NCBI GenBank assembly: GCA_002633005.1 | Contig: NMRA01000514.1 | Span: 124,001 to 188,000 of the forward strand | Direction: 5' to 3' | Length of the DNA: 64,000 nucleotides | Origin: Phoronis australis | Lineage: Eukaryota > Animalia > Phoronida | Part shown: in pieces, positions 27,563-41,582 of the stretch | Position numbering within the stretch: the first letter of the stretch is position 1 | Layout of the letters: every line of letters begins with the position of its first letter | Notes under the pieces: generated by a model | Told to the model about the DNA's origin: nothing | What the model saw: only the letters and a program-made list of their open reading frames with translations | The model's database searches: none | Made by a program: the position numbers and the translations under genes

Positions 27563-28006
27563 TTAAATTGGCCTGGAACGCGATAAACAGACTAAATTGG
27601 AATACGGAAAGTAGTTATCTGCTACTGAAACTAAACTCCACCGGCTCATCAGGTGTTTTAGGGTTTGTTCGAGAAGATTTCTGATTTCTATTGATATCAA
27701 AGCATTTTCTTTTAGTTTCAAATTTCAAAAGAAAACGATCTGTCAACTGCACACCATTTCCGCAAATTCAAGCAACTGACTGAGCGCATGCGCACATTTA
27801 CTATAAGTGGGAGGGAGATTAGAAGTTCTTTGGTAACCACAGAGTTTTTCCTTCGTGCGCATTTCAAAAAACCTGAATTTTGAGATTTTTTCTGTAAATT
27901 TCCTCACAGGAAAGTCAATTACTCTGTACTAGACGTTGCGAGATGGTACTTTCGTCAGAAATTGTTGAAAGATATTTTGACGAGCGTTCGCGTTCTAAGC
28001 CTTTAA
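27563..28006. mobile_element. TTAA-flanked (Kolobok-like) MITE
   Basis: ttaa..ggcctggaacgcga versus tcgcgttctaagcctttaa. The 3' part (27836-27996) is a diverged copy of 228-380. Confidence 0.5.
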
Positions 28007-29842
28007 AGGCTGGAAGTCGGTCTTATGCTTCCACGACACAGTTGCTGAATAAACGTTCAGACAAGTAATTGTGATTGAATTGTAATCTACACGTAATTTC
28101 TTAGAAATTATCCCATTATCTAGTAGCTATGTGTATATTCTCAGAGACTTTTTCTATTTTGCTCGAGTGAGATTTGTCAATTATTTTTTAGAAATGGTTT
28201 TGTGATACGAAAGACCAAATTTCTGACTTATGACATCTTTTATGAAACAGATCCTAGAACAAAATACAACTGGTGTTGACGAAGCTTAGCGAACATTCTC
28301 GAATCCCCGCTGTGACGTTTCAGGCAACGGCCGTCTAGTGATCCCTAACACAACAAGACTACGTAGATGCAAGACTCACCAGCGAGTGAAGCTAGTGTGA
28401 TCACGAGCTTCGCTTGTAATGCATCTGGCAATATCTCGCGATGACTTGCGAGAACTCGCTCCTCGTGCAAAAATGCCTCTACAAGACGAGTCTTTCAATC
28501 ATTTGTGGACAAACTGACAAAAGTGATGTTTTTCCGTTTGTCTTCGCAGTTTTTGATCTAATTATTAGACGCCAAGTCTTTAGTTAACGCCTGTCTCTTA
28601 CGTAAGCGTACCTAGTGCACGTTTCAAATTAATGAACTCCACGGCCTCCGTAACAACCTTTATTGTATCAAACCCCGTTCATTACATTCTTTATCGGCAC
28701 TCCACCACTTATGAGAGCAGACAGGAGTTTTAAGAAAAAAATGATGATACTTCTCAACAAAAATCGGCAAAATTGAGAAGCAAACAGTTTTTGCAAATTA
28801 GCAATTAATTTAGTGTTATTTTCTTTTCTTTCAGACTTGTTTCCATATTTTCGACAAAGCCAGACGATCGTGGACGAAATTCTTCGGCTTCTTTTGAAAC
28901 CGCTGCATAGTCAGCCCTCCAGCGAGTGTTAGAAAATAAAACATGCTTATAAATCTTATGAATAAACTGCGCTGGGAAAAATATCAAGTGTGAAAAATAC
29001 ATCACGTGACACGCTAGCGTAACGACTGCGAATTAAAGCGGATAATCTTGTGCGTAGTTCATGAAAAAATAACAAACAGGCTGATGGTGTAAATTTTCAA
29101 TGCAGTCATTGCAGCAGCCATGTCCTGTAACAATTACATTGACTGAACAGTTCTTTACACGAGACTGGCTAGGATTACATGTATCTTCTGGACTGTCAAT
29201 CGCCTGTAAGATTGTCTTTCGTCATTGGCAAATCGTTTCGCAAGTGGAACTTACTGAGCGAGCTTGAGCACCAAACGCAAAGTACAAATATAACCACCGA
29301 CAAAGCAATACCTTCAGTTGCTTGGTACTTAAATCATATGCGCGTTTGGCTACACGCATTTTATGTATTGATTTAATGGAGCCTTATTATATTACGTTAA
29401 TTTGTATCAAAGGAATTCCTCACAGATTTGATAGTTGCATCGTCAGCCATATATCTGTTTGTAAATAGATTTCAATGTTCAAAGCAACACCCAAATGAAT
29501 CAATCTGCCTTCAACTACGGGACTTCCTCCACGACCATGAGTCTAACATATGTACTCGAAATTGAATTCGATTTTTTTTGGCATGTTCTGTTTTATTTCT
29601 GTGCATACTCAAGGTCAGTCTCTGTTTTTCTCTGCCCGAATGTATTATGATTTTCGTAGTTGAGTGTTGAGTCAAATTTTGCACTTGATTACGCGTAGCT
29701 TGGAAATAAACACTCTAGTATAAACTCTAGATTTGGAGTAAGTACTCGATATTTCGAGTTGCGTCTCTTACTTAATGCTAAGTCATAAAGAGCAAGCCTG
29801 GATTAGACTGGCATCCAGGTAAACCATGAAGTACTTGAATAC

Positions 29843-29924
<82 letters not shown>

Positions 29925-29933
29925 CAATAATAA
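29843..29933. repeat. (AAT)n microsatellite
   Basis: Read directly from the sequence. Confidence 0.98.
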
Positions 29934-32900
29934 ACGCTTATCTTACGCTCGTACAAAAAGTACGTCGCAAAATATCAAAAATAGTTTCGATTTCGATTTC
30001 TTGAACAAAGATTAAACCTGGACCAAAATCCTACAGAAGCGTTAATGACTAAACGGGCTTGGGAAAAGCTGCGTCCGTCTTTATCCCGCTTGTCCTGTCA
30101 GCGATCATATATAAGCAGGATAAGTTTGTGGTTGAGGGATTTACGCGGCACGTCGTCACCCACGTTTTCCAGCCAAGGAGCACTCTCCACAGTAAAATAT
30201 TTCAGTCACGTAGTCTAAATTGGAAGCCGCCTTAAACCCTCCTTCCTTACATCCAAAAAATTTTCATCTAATTGTCTCTCAATAAAAATAGGTTTGAATT
30301 TTGGAATTGGAAAGAACTGGCACTGAGTTCGTTGTTTCTTGAGACAGGGTTCTGCTGTTTGTGTTGTCACGGCGTGCAGTACTAAGTGTTTACGTCATTG
30401 GTTCTTTTTATGATCAGCGTCTCCCACAATTTTTCTAAGCCTACGTCAATGAACCTAAACGTTCATATGCGTTGCCTCTTTGATGCGCTAATACTGTGCA
30501 TCTCAATGGCGAAGTTTCGTTATGTTGATGGCATTAATGCACATCTTGAATATTAACACTAAGTACAGCGCTGAAAGCTCTATTCTGCAATTTCGTTTTG
30601 GCAAACGGAATTACGCTCAGTACCATACGTCTATGTAGTTGACTTTTTGTAAAGTCACATGATCAGTACGATGCAAAATATCACGGCTAATTATTTTGCT
30701 AAAAGTAACTGAATGAGGGAATTCAACTAGTTATAAGAATACGAGTTCAGTATACTAACCAATATAATCCAATGACGTAACCTGCATTTTCCAAACGCCG
30801 TGCCTTACCTGCAAAACTCTACCTTCTCTCTTGCCCTTCTCCGGCTGCAACTGCCACACCTTGTCTTGTCTTCCGGCGAGAGTGAAATCGAGTTCCATCA
30901 GTCGCCGTCAGTGACGTCACAGCTCGATGGAATAATCGAACATTTCATTGATAACATCACTGACACACTGCATAAAGGAGGCCTTAACTACCGGTCCTTC
31001 TGTGCGCGAGGAAGATTGTGGCTTGGTTGACATAAATAATAAGGTCGTCGATTCTTTTATTTGCAGAGATCTGCACGCGATCAGACAACGATGACAGTAG
31101 ACAGTCTGAGATCCTAGACGGAAGCCATGAATGCGAACACTTTTTGTTTATCGGGGATGATGCGTTATGGATTAAGACGAACTTTAATGCTGCAACATAA
31201 CGTCATGTTAAATGTTTACTACTCTAAAGTAATGCATATCAAGTATATACATGATCTCGTAAATGACGAACAAAACGTTTTGTGACTCTTTCTATTCCAT
31301 GGTTGTTAATAAATTTGTCGTTGAAAAGATTCTTAGCAGAGGCGACATTCACGGATCGTCTTTCCAAATACTGTTACCTTAACGTATAAATCTAATGTTT
31401 TCAAAATTAATTACACCCAATAATTATTTAAATGGTTAATATTGTCATTCTTACAGCCACCCAAATATCCGCCATGTTCCTCATTGCGTGAGACAAAGAT
31501 TTTTATTCAATAAAAATGAACTTTCAAATATGCAATATGAAAATGAAAACATATTGTTTAAATTAGAATTTTTATTGAAAAGTAATAAAAAGTGATAATA
31601 ACTNCAATTTGCCGTTCCACTACGCATGCGTAAGACAGTTGTCTCAGTCCTGCCGTGTTTCTCGTTATTTTATGTCAAATTGGTTGGTCGTTATTCTAAT
31701 CCAAAAAAGTTGAATTGTGTTACAATTGTGAGTCACGATGCCGCTAGTATAAAAAATGACAAAGTGGGAAGGGCCAAGTATCTTGTTATTCTCCAAAGTG
31801 TTTTGGCGGCCTTACCTTTCGAAATTAATTCAGTCATTCAATGTGTGTTTCTACATCATAAAAGGGAAGAATTGAATTGGTATGCTCATTGCAACTATGA
31901 AAACGCGACTCCATCGCAGTAAGGAACTTTTCATCCGCTATTACCGTTTTCTGGTTAATGTGTGCGTACCCTATATGTGTCACAGCGTAGCTTTTACAAA
32001 ACGAAGACATCCACAGCTGGTCATTGCTGAAAATCGACTGTATTCAACAGCGGCGCAGCCCCTAAGCAAGTTCCCTACATATACCTGACCTTGCTGATAT
32101 GGCGCTCGCAAACCGGCGTTCAAGTTATTTGAATTAATATGAAATGTTTCTTTGACTTTATTTGAACAGTTTTGACTTAAATCATGAAAGCGAATGTCTT
32201 TTCTAAACGGGCCGCGGGCATGTTTGACAGACACATAAACCAGTTCACGTACGAATCAAATGTCCATTCGCTGTAAGAACACATCCATAGCAATGTTACA
32301 GAGAAATTTACACACACGCGCCTGTGCGCGCACACACATATAATAATTACATTTCTCCATCGAGCAGGTGGTCTCTGGGGAGGCAAAACCCACGCTGCTC
32401 GGCAGTTTTGTGGACACGCTCTGTAGTGATATTGACGCGAGGTGGAGAAAGCTCAATAGCTAAATGTGCATATCATAAAACGTGGAGAGGGGTGGGATTG
32501 AAAGGAAACAGTTAAAGATGTGGGTGTCATATAATCTTTTCATTGCTATAGCAACGAATTGACCCTGTATTGGGAGCTGAAGTGTACCATTTACTGTTTG
32601 TGAAGCATTTTTGTAATTCAAGACTTCTTTTTGTAAAAATTATCAAAAAGTTAAATGTTGTTATTTCTGTTCTCAGGTTTTATAAACCTCTTATTGAAGT
32701 CACATAGAACATAACATTATAGCAGACAGTATACAATTTATCTGGCTCTAAGACGGTTGATTAATATTACACAAGCTCAAAATAAGAAATCGACAGGACT
32801 GTTATCTGTAAATGAAAAAACTCTTAAAATTGCAAGATCATGTAAGTCTTCGCGAGATGTCGCCACGTGTTTAAGGCAAGCACGTGATCACACTAACCTT

Positions 32901-33616
32901 TCTCGAAACTGTCCGTGGTATACCTTGTAGGCTGCAGGTGTTCTTGTAGCACACACATTCTGAAAAGGCAATCAAAGCAAGTGGCCTTTTCGAGTTAGAA
33001 ATCCTTAGCAAAAATAATTCCTTGCATAAGAGAATTAAATGCATCCATTCCCTTGAACCACAATGTGTCGACAAATTCGGTTGCATCCGCTATCGTCCTT
33101 AATTTCGAAATCAAATGTATTGCAGAATCTAAATTTTGCTGCAATCAAAGATTGGATGAAACGTGTTATTAAACGCATTCCGACCAGAACTTACATATAT
33201 TACAAAATTCTCGGGGTGCTGATTTTTTGTGTTTATTTGTTTACTTGTTTATTGCAAATTCACATAATAAAAACTGATAATCATTCGAAAACTTCATATA
33301 CACGCCCGCCATGTTGGAAATTATTTAGTTATGTTTTTATATGAATAAGCTAGTTGATGTCTTCGAGTGAATGCTCAAGGGTCTGTTATTTATAAAGTGT
33401 ATCGTACCATAATGTACACCACGGGTTTTGTTGTGTATTCGGTGGACACATGCAGAAATCTGGAAATGTCTCGACTGAATTGAATAGTCTATGTAATGGA
33501 TTTAAAATCGATCGTTTTATTAATTGCAAGTTGTTCAACTGGGAAGACTTTCACGTAGCCATAGCAACCGACAGTCGGCAGTCATATCAATATGCAAGTG
33601 GGAAATCGTAAATCCA

Positions 33617-33719
33617 CAGTACACGCCAAAAGTAACCAGACGAAACTATATTTACCCGTCATGACGGGTCGTTCTAATTTACTCCCATTCATTTCGTCTG
33701 GTTACTTTGGTTTGTACTG
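33617..33719. repeat. Short hairpin element (mini-MITE)
   Basis: cagtaca..ccaaaagtaaccagacgaaa / tttcgtctggttactttgg..tgtactg enclosing the perfect 16-bp palindrome acccgtcatgacgggt. Confidence 0.7.
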
Positions 33720-34181
33720 AACACCAGTCCGATCCACTCTCCTTCAAGTTGCAAATTATTCCAAAAGGTGGTTTTGAGTTTGTAAAATATTTATTATTTC
33801 CCTACTTATGCATTACGTGCTCAGTCCATGTCTTCACGCACAGTAAGTTGTCTTAAAGGTGCACACTAGCGTTGGAAGAACTTTACAAAATTGTTCTTGA
33901 GTGCATTGTGATACATGTTTTCTTTGATGGGAAAAGATTACGAAATGTTTGTAGTGATATTGCCTTGCAAACTTTGTATGCATGAGTTCCGTATTTTGTA
34001 ACTATCCTGGTTCGATTTGTTTGTGTAGCCCGCGATGGTAAATGACTGCTTTCGTTTGCCTTCAATAAGTCACACTGTTCAAGAACTGTAATGCTTTTTA
34101 TACCACAATATTAGCGTCCAATGGCAGATACAACAGTGTAATAACCCATTTAGTTATCTCACTGGTGAGATATTATTTTGG

Positions 34182-34255
34182 TGGGAAACCGAGGCCGGTT
34201 TCGAACCCGGGCCTCAAGAGCTTCGAATCGCCGACTTTACCACTACCACTCAGCG
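34182..34255 (-). other. tRNA-derived remnant (SINE head or pseudo-tRNA)
   Basis: The minus strand has an A-box-like tagtggtaaa and a B-box ggttcgaaacc at tRNA spacing, but the stems pair poorly. Confidence 0.35.
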
Positions 34256-34808
34256 GATGACGTCATCGAATGTGAAAACAGAATACTTAAATGAGCACGT
34301 GCAACAATCGCATGTTCAGCAAAGGGAAGTGTACCGACATTTATAGCCCTACGCTATGAAAAATAAGACGCATAATTTCCATTAAAACGATATCTTAATT
34401 CAGTGAAATTTTTCTCTCGTGTTCTCTCACTTGTTAATCACCGATCTCCAATTTGAATGCGGTTATCGTGTCGTCGGGATCCTTAACTGTGATATGTATT
34501 TATTGAAGGATACACAGAACATACAAAGAAATAATAACAAAAACCCAGATCCTTTGACTTGAACATGATACTCAGTTACTATTGGTAACCTACTTTAGCA
34601 GACGATATTTTCCCCGTCAAAGCTTAGCATGATAAAATGTGTAGTAAGCTATAATAGTTGCTAAACCTTAATTTACAGATTCACTTTATTTCTATTTTGT
34701 TTAAATTTTCAAATGGTTTTGAGTAAAAGCATTATTCGACAAAATTAGCTCGGCTTTTCTTAAAGGGTCACGACCTCCGACATCGGGCCTCTGACATAGA
34801 AATTAGTT

Positions 34809-36739
34809 ACAAAGCCGAGGCGAGTCGAGAAAGGTAGATCGATTCATTGCAATGTTTCTCGTTCAGTATGTGGTATAAATAGATTAGTACATGTTCTCAG
34901 TCGTTATCCCCCTTATCTAAAGCCCTCGTGGATTTTGCAGACCTCGGGGATAACGCCCCTCGGGCGAATTCTCCAAAATCCACTCGGGCTCTAGATAATG
35001 GGGGATAACGACTTCGCCAAGTAATAATCTATATCTATCACATAGCATGTCCTACCGAAGAGTAACAACTTTTCGTCCGTAGCGCTGAGAAATATTACTC
35101 CTCAGCAGTATTGGAAAAAAATGATGTATCCCAATATATGGCGCTACCTAGTGGAGAGATAGGTAACAATCAAGACGTGCATCTTGTTTGTAAGTATTCA
35201 GACACGGGCTTACATGTAAAAATCTAATGAAACACAATCTGACCTAAATTTTGCAAATCAAAACCATGCCAACGGCAGTTGCAATACCTAATGAAGCATG
35301 CGAAGTGCCAAATGGATATTTAACGAGTACAATATTCTTCTAAATAAATTGGACAAGCTTCGAAAGAACTCCGCTAGACTTTGCCAATCTTGGATGAACA
35401 TTAGGCCAGAAGTTTTTAGCAGTTTAATCGAAAACTTGTCGCAATAAAATAGCGTGTTTGTCAAACTTTTGTAGGATTTGTATGGTGTTTGTTAATGAAT
35501 TCAGAAATAGATGTAGATATACGGAATGTCAACTTGGGAAGGAGAATTGTTGTCTGATAGTAGTCTTTATGTGTGCAGATTGTCCAAAAACGATCTCGTA
35601 TTGAAATACTATGTATCTCATATTGAAATCTGCCGTTCAGTTATCTAGCTTGACCACATTCAATTCACTTCAATGTCAACAGTAGGTTGAACAACGCGTA
35701 CTGAACATTCATGAATGGCGTGTATTTGTTGTCACTTCAATGTTGTTGTAGATGCAATCCCATTTTACTTGCCACGTGTCAGGAGTTTCTTACTCCTCTG
35801 ACCTCGGTCTTATTAGTGAGTGTATGCAAGGGTGTGAGTGAGTACCTAACCTGGCGTGCGTTCAGGATCTACCCTAGGACCTAGCTAAAATCTAGTCAAA
35901 GTCACGTGATCTCATTCAAAATACAAGGCACTATCTCACGTAATCGCGCGAAGTCTTGCTTTTTAGCGAGGTCCTAGCGTTACTGAACGGGATTCTGGTT
36001 ATACATGTAGTTAGTTAGCGTCCTCTGGTGTCGTGCTTATACAGCTGTACTATCAGAAATATAGTTGATGGCACTTTAGTAACTGCGCACATGTTACGAA
36101 ACTTATGAAATATTAAGGCTTTTTAACAGGGGTACGCAAATCTATTGCCGATTTATATATCGTGGGCTCTTCTGTGCATAATTATTTACATGTTATTATT
36201 TTTAATGTGTTCTAGTGGACGTGTTACATAAGTTAAACGTAGTTGATTGATTCAGTGTGATGTTATTGCACCTAGGTGTTAATTGTATAATTATGTAATG
36301 GACTTACGCAGCAAGTTGTCGCGATGTCGGCGACATGGATGGAGCACCGCATGTCGAGATTTTGTCAGGAGTTTGCCAGAATTGAAACGGATTATAGTAC
36401 TAAAAATGAATCGATGTCTAGTCGTGGCATTGTGCGCCGAAACTTCGCATTTCGACGCTGTCGAGGATATTTTGAAAACTACGGTACCTTTATGCTCTTA
36501 CATATAGATTATTACATGTTATCAGTCGTTATCCCCGGTAAATTAGAGCCCGAGTGGATTTTGGAGAACTATTTCCCTAGGGTGTCAGCCCGGAGGGCGA
36601 TAATTCTCCAAATTCCACGAGGGCTCTAGATATTAGTGGAATAACGACTGAGGACATGTAATAATCTATTTATACCTCATACTGAACGAGAAACATTGCA
36701 ATGAATCGATCTACCTTTCTCGACTTGCCTCGGCTTTGT
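34809..36739. mobile_element. Non-autonomous element with ~230-bp inverted arms, each containing a long hairpin (Crypton-like architecture, tentative)
   Basis: 34809-35034 is the near reverse complement of 36502-36739 (acaaagccgaggc..gtcgagaaaggtagatcgattcattgcaatgtttctcgttcagtatg). Each arm includes a ~155-165-bp imperfect palindrome (34879-35032; 36504-36670). No TSD was seen. Confidence 0.7.
35851..35999 (+). repeat. Dispersed repeat family B, copy 1 (nested in the hairpin-armed element)
   Basis: ctggcgtgcgttcag...ctaggacctagctaaaa...gcgaggtcctagcgttactgaacggga, collinear with 60233-60391. Confidence 0.8.
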
Positions 36740-37470
36740 TGATATTATAGTATAAAAATGCTTATTCACAACATGGAATAGGTTATTCTACGCGTAGAAA
36801 TTACCATGCCACGTAGACTCAGAATTTTACGTTGCGCATACCCAAATGGGTAGGCGTTGACATATTGTCTAGTTTAAACCAGGATTACTACAGGGCAAGT
36901 TCGAAATCTGTTGCCGATTCCTATCAAACTAGTATGTTTATGAAGGTGCTGATGACTTAGTGAGCAACAAGTCAAACTATAACATTCATGAAAAATTAAT
37001 TTTGTCTTTTGTTCAATGATGGCATCCGTTCAGTTCCTTCGGAATCTGCTCTGACAACAGATTTCCGAATTCTTTACTTGACTCGACTACCCCAACAGTG
37101 GACAGCGTAGTTACAGAGACGAGCTGACAGTCAGGCAGACTATTAGACAGACGGCGACTAGACGGAATGACAGAATTTCGAATTTCCGTTTTTCCTTGTA
37201 ACAATAAATTATTGAAAGATATCTCCATTATCTGACATTGCAATTTCAGTTTGGCTCACAATATATGAATTATGCTGAATAATTGAAGTAACATTTGTCG
37301 GATTGCGCTTGAGCGAAAGTAACTGCGACGTTCAGTAAAATAATACAATACATATACTTGGCCGCTAAATACCCCGCCATCTTGTGTGTATTTCAAGGAA
37401 ACCCACAACAAGCCATGTTACAGTGCAAAAACAATTTTCTTTACGGGCGACATCGTATTTTTATACTTTG

Positions 37471-37668
37471 CATGCGCGCATGCAGGAGGGGGGCTCGAGG
37501 GGCTCGAACGAGCGCCCCATTTGGCGAAGTTGGCAAAAAGGTCCGCCGATGCACAGTTCACAGTTCTGAAGGTGGCATCCCGTTTTTAGTCCTCCCCTTT
37601 TTGTTAGCAAAAGGTCCACATCATTGGAAATTCGAGCCCCCCCATATTAAAGGCTGGGTGCGCGCATG
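37471..37668 (+). mobile_element. MITE family A, copy 1 (CATGCGCGCA termini, 5-bp TSD)
   Basis: catgcgcgca...ctgggtgcgcgcatg, flanked by CTTTG on both sides. Confidence 0.8.
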
Positions 37669-40600
37669 CTTTGCTCGGATTGATAACAACAAAACAGCTG
37701 GAACCCCAGTGACAGCCACACTATTCGGAGACTAAAAGTAACCCGCGCAACAAGCAACTCAACGCGTCGAATTTGAAGAAATCACGACGGCTCATTGCGC
37801 ACACTTAGTTTTATACAAGCGGCTTACATAAAATTAAAATGTCATTGAACCAGTGCCTGCTGTCAAAAATTTTTTGATAACGCCACTTTGGTCTCACCTT
37901 CATCTGTATTGAGACTGGATAGAATGTCTAGATTTAGCGGAAGAGAGATTTGTGATTGCTTCAAATTTGAATCGGCAGCTAGTAATGCGACTATCGCTCA
38001 AGGACCGCGGTGTCTGTTCACGTTGTGAGTTTGTAAAAGTGAGAAAATCTCGATTCTTTATGTGAACACAGAGTGGAGGATAAGTACATATAAATATATT
38101 GGGTCTTTGGTAAAGAGAATCACAATTTTGTGCTCTGGCCCATTTCCAACATGGCGCCGTGCTGCAACTCAGCGATTGCAGTGTCATAAATTATTTCTCT
38201 GAATACTAATAAATGTATAACATCCAATAGCAAAGATGGTTGATCATATCGGATCAGAACATTATGCTGCGGAATCTTACGAAATGCAGTAAGCAGTAGA
38301 TTGGAAATAATTGTTGACAAAAAGAAATCCTGAAATAAACAAACTATGCTTGAATCAAATTTCAAATCGCAAAAATTAAGACACATTGGCCATACAGAAG
38401 TAAAACTGGAAGCCACTAGAAGATTAACCAGCCGCGAGTGATAATTTAAACCTATTTTAATAAATTTCTTACCAATGCAGTGTATACACTGTTAGGCAGG
38501 GTCTTGAAGTCGCGTGTCTTCCATAGTTATTATGTAACGCATTGTCTTCAGATTCGAAGACTGGTGAGTCATATTTGTAATGAATGAAATCTTATAAAAT
38601 TTCCATCAAGTTCTCTTCCGCCGAGAAAATCCTTTCAAAATTTTAGCTTGTATGTGTTCGAAATTTTAGCTTGTATGTGTACTTTATTTAGCAGAAGATT
38701 TCTGCACCTGGAAAGCTGCATTCAATTGTCGCAACATTTACTAGCAATCCATACACGTCATTACAGGTGTCAGAAAATAAGCTATAAATTATTCAAGCGT
38801 AACGGTCATAATTACCATGTATTGTTCGTTCAAATGACATTAATTTGAATGACGTCATACAATTAGCGACGAGCTCTCAGCAAATAATTGCCCTCTAAAA
38901 ACAGAGTCATGTAATATTAAAGATACTCCTACCGCATTATTTTAGCTATAAAACTTTTAAAGTGGATTTTAACGCATGTAAGTCCAGTCGAAACTTAAGC
39001 CCAAATGGTGCCTTTTCAGCACAACTCCAAATATTTCCCAATTTAAAGGAGTTTAATATGATTATTCTAGTTCGATTTAATATTACTGGTGGCGCACTAC
39101 AACCTAAAATGGCCTCCGTCATCATTGATAGTGACCGACAGCTGACTCAGTCCGTATGGGTAATTACTCAACTGCCGACATATATAATAAGATTTCTACG
39201 GAAATTTCGTCCACTTTTTCAAAGTACATTTAGTTTTACATACAATTTTGTAAAAATTTAAAGCAAAATAAAGCAAACACAAGCAGGGTCGAGTATTGTT
39301 AATGTCTGTATTTTAGTGGTATATTTCAATGAACGAAACTCATCTTGTGTCCTAAACCCGGCCGGTGAATATAAAGGGAAACGTAACTTTAACAGGAAAT
39401 TTTGCACATCAGCAAAAACTTTACTAACACGATGTTTCCATACAAATCGAAACATTCGTTCAAACAACTCAAAAGTGATGGGTCAACAGTTTTATATGGT
39501 TTTCTAACAATTAAGACGAGGTCGGGGATTGCGTCACGATTCACGCTCGTAGAATTATCGATTTCTCATTCACGGCCTTGTTTTTTTCAACTTTCGCGGA
39601 ACTCTAGTAGTCAGAGGTTTTGTTCCACTGTTGATCACACCAGTTCTCCACCCAGGGCGCCACCAGTCCTCCCACGAGCACTCCAAGCCCCTGTCGCCTA
39701 AAATACTAGGTTACGTAAGGTTAAGGGTGACCCTTCAAATCACAGTTTCTCTGAAAAACGTTATGAAAAACGCCAGTTTCACTTTCGTGCACGGCGCTCA
39801 AAAAGCTGCTTTTTGGAAACAAGAAGAAAGGTCCTTCAACGCATTTAAGAAATCAGGAGTAATTGTTGATCATCAAGATTTACCGACACCGGGGAATCTC
39901 GATACAAGAGACACCTTCAGTATTAATCGAATTTACTTTGCAAGCCAACACAAGCGTATACTACTCTTGGACAAGCTAAATTTCACGCATGCTCACTCAT
40001 GTCGTCGATTTCCACATGTTGTTTGGAAGTTGTTGGTCCGTCGACTCACGGTCAAACCTGTCTCGCCACCTGGTGTCTGGTATACATCATCAATCTTGAA
40101 CCAGCTTCATTTGTGTTAACATGGTGACACTGAGACCTGGGACATTTTGCAACAAAAATTTTAATATTAGAATTTACGGTGGGCGGGAAAGTTTATTTTC
40201 GACTTCAATGGTTTAAAAAGTGGTGACATGTTGATCATCATGTTTTTAAATTAAATGTTATTCACATATACATGTACAAGTACTGAGTTCAGGAACGATC
40301 AGGACAACGACTATTAATGCAAATTTCAAAGGCATAATTATGTAGGTGGGGCAGAGTCCCACACCGGTAATCAACAAAAATGGACAGCCAAAACAACCCA
40401 GCAAACTTTTTGATTTTATTATGTCTTCATTACTAAATCGTGTAGGGGGTTTGATACACAGCGAGACAAAGCAAAATGTTGAATTCTTAATATAATTGAA
40501 AATAATCGGCTGTATTTCAAGAGCAAGTTTTCCGATATGCAAATCATGAACTTTTCATTCAACGTCTCTAATTTATGGACTTAGTTCTAATTCATTTTCA

Positions 40601-41521
40601 TTGAAATAAAGGCTCAGTTTTGTTTTCAAATATGTAACTAGAAAATAACATAAGCAAAAGGACTTCATAATCAAGATAACTTGTTAAAATTTAAGTGAAC
40701 ATTGCTGTCAGTAAACAAATTCTACAAATGCGTCAAAAATTCAGGGAACATCGTTGACTTCTTATTAGGACTATTTCATGCAACATTACACAGTTCCATG
40801 CTTGGCCACTTTTTCTATTATAATGGAGCAATAGGAAGCACCCCCTCTGGCGGATGAAGGATGCTGTAAGTGGGGCTTATTCCAATTTCAGAAGCTCTAA
40901 AACTGCATTCAAGAGCTTTAGCTTTGCAAAACCGGAGGCTCGTGGCGAAATGTCACCCTTCCGTATATGCTGCAATCTTATTTTCAGACCCTCTGGTCAT
41001 GATCCACGTGTTTCTTTGTTCATCTGAGTCTGAGTTTCTTTCCAAATTAATTACAGTTGCAGGGTTTTCATTATGTTGTTATCGTCATGAGTTTGAACAG
41101 GTCGTTCTGCTATTTTTTTGTGAAATTGGCATTCACACGCGGCACTGTATCTGAGTTCGTTGTGTCGATACTGAAGTAGGGTCTAACGGCGATCAGAAGG
41201 AGGTTTCTCGGTAGCTCCATGTAAAACACTAACGCTGAATTTGAAACAGATGTCTGAGTCCGCATTGATGCAATGGGAATCCTTAGTCATCTACCTTTAT
41301 GTACTCGGTTGGTGCACATGTTCACGTTATAGAGGCATGGAACGCGAAAACTCGTAAAAATTCCTGTTTAACAGATGGGGGCGAATCTACTTCTTGGGCA
41401 AGCTAGCATGAGAGTTTCTCACTTTAAATATTGCAAGAATTTCTAGAAAAAATCGTCAGATGAACAACAGACGAAATAAGCACTCTTTCATCCCAATACA
41501 ATTTTTCAAATTCTCCGCCAC

Positions 41522-41524
<3 letters not shown>

Positions 41525-41578
<54 letters not shown>
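41525..41578. repeat. (AT)n microsatellite
   Basis: Read directly from the sequence. Confidence 0.98.

Positions 41579-41582
<4 letters not shown>

Noticed and set aside
34182-34255. Functional tRNA gene
   Set aside because: The acceptor, anticodon and T stems do not pair properly, so it is kept only as a tRNA-derived remnant.
37471-37668. RAG/Transib transposon end
   Set aside because: The 5-bp TSD fits, but there is no CACAGTG/CACTGTG heptamer with a spaced nonamer and no RAG-like coding sequence in the window.
39631-40119. 162-aa ORF
   Set aside because: Non-ATG start and no recognisable domain or composition bias; the reverse-strand frames are also unrecognisable.
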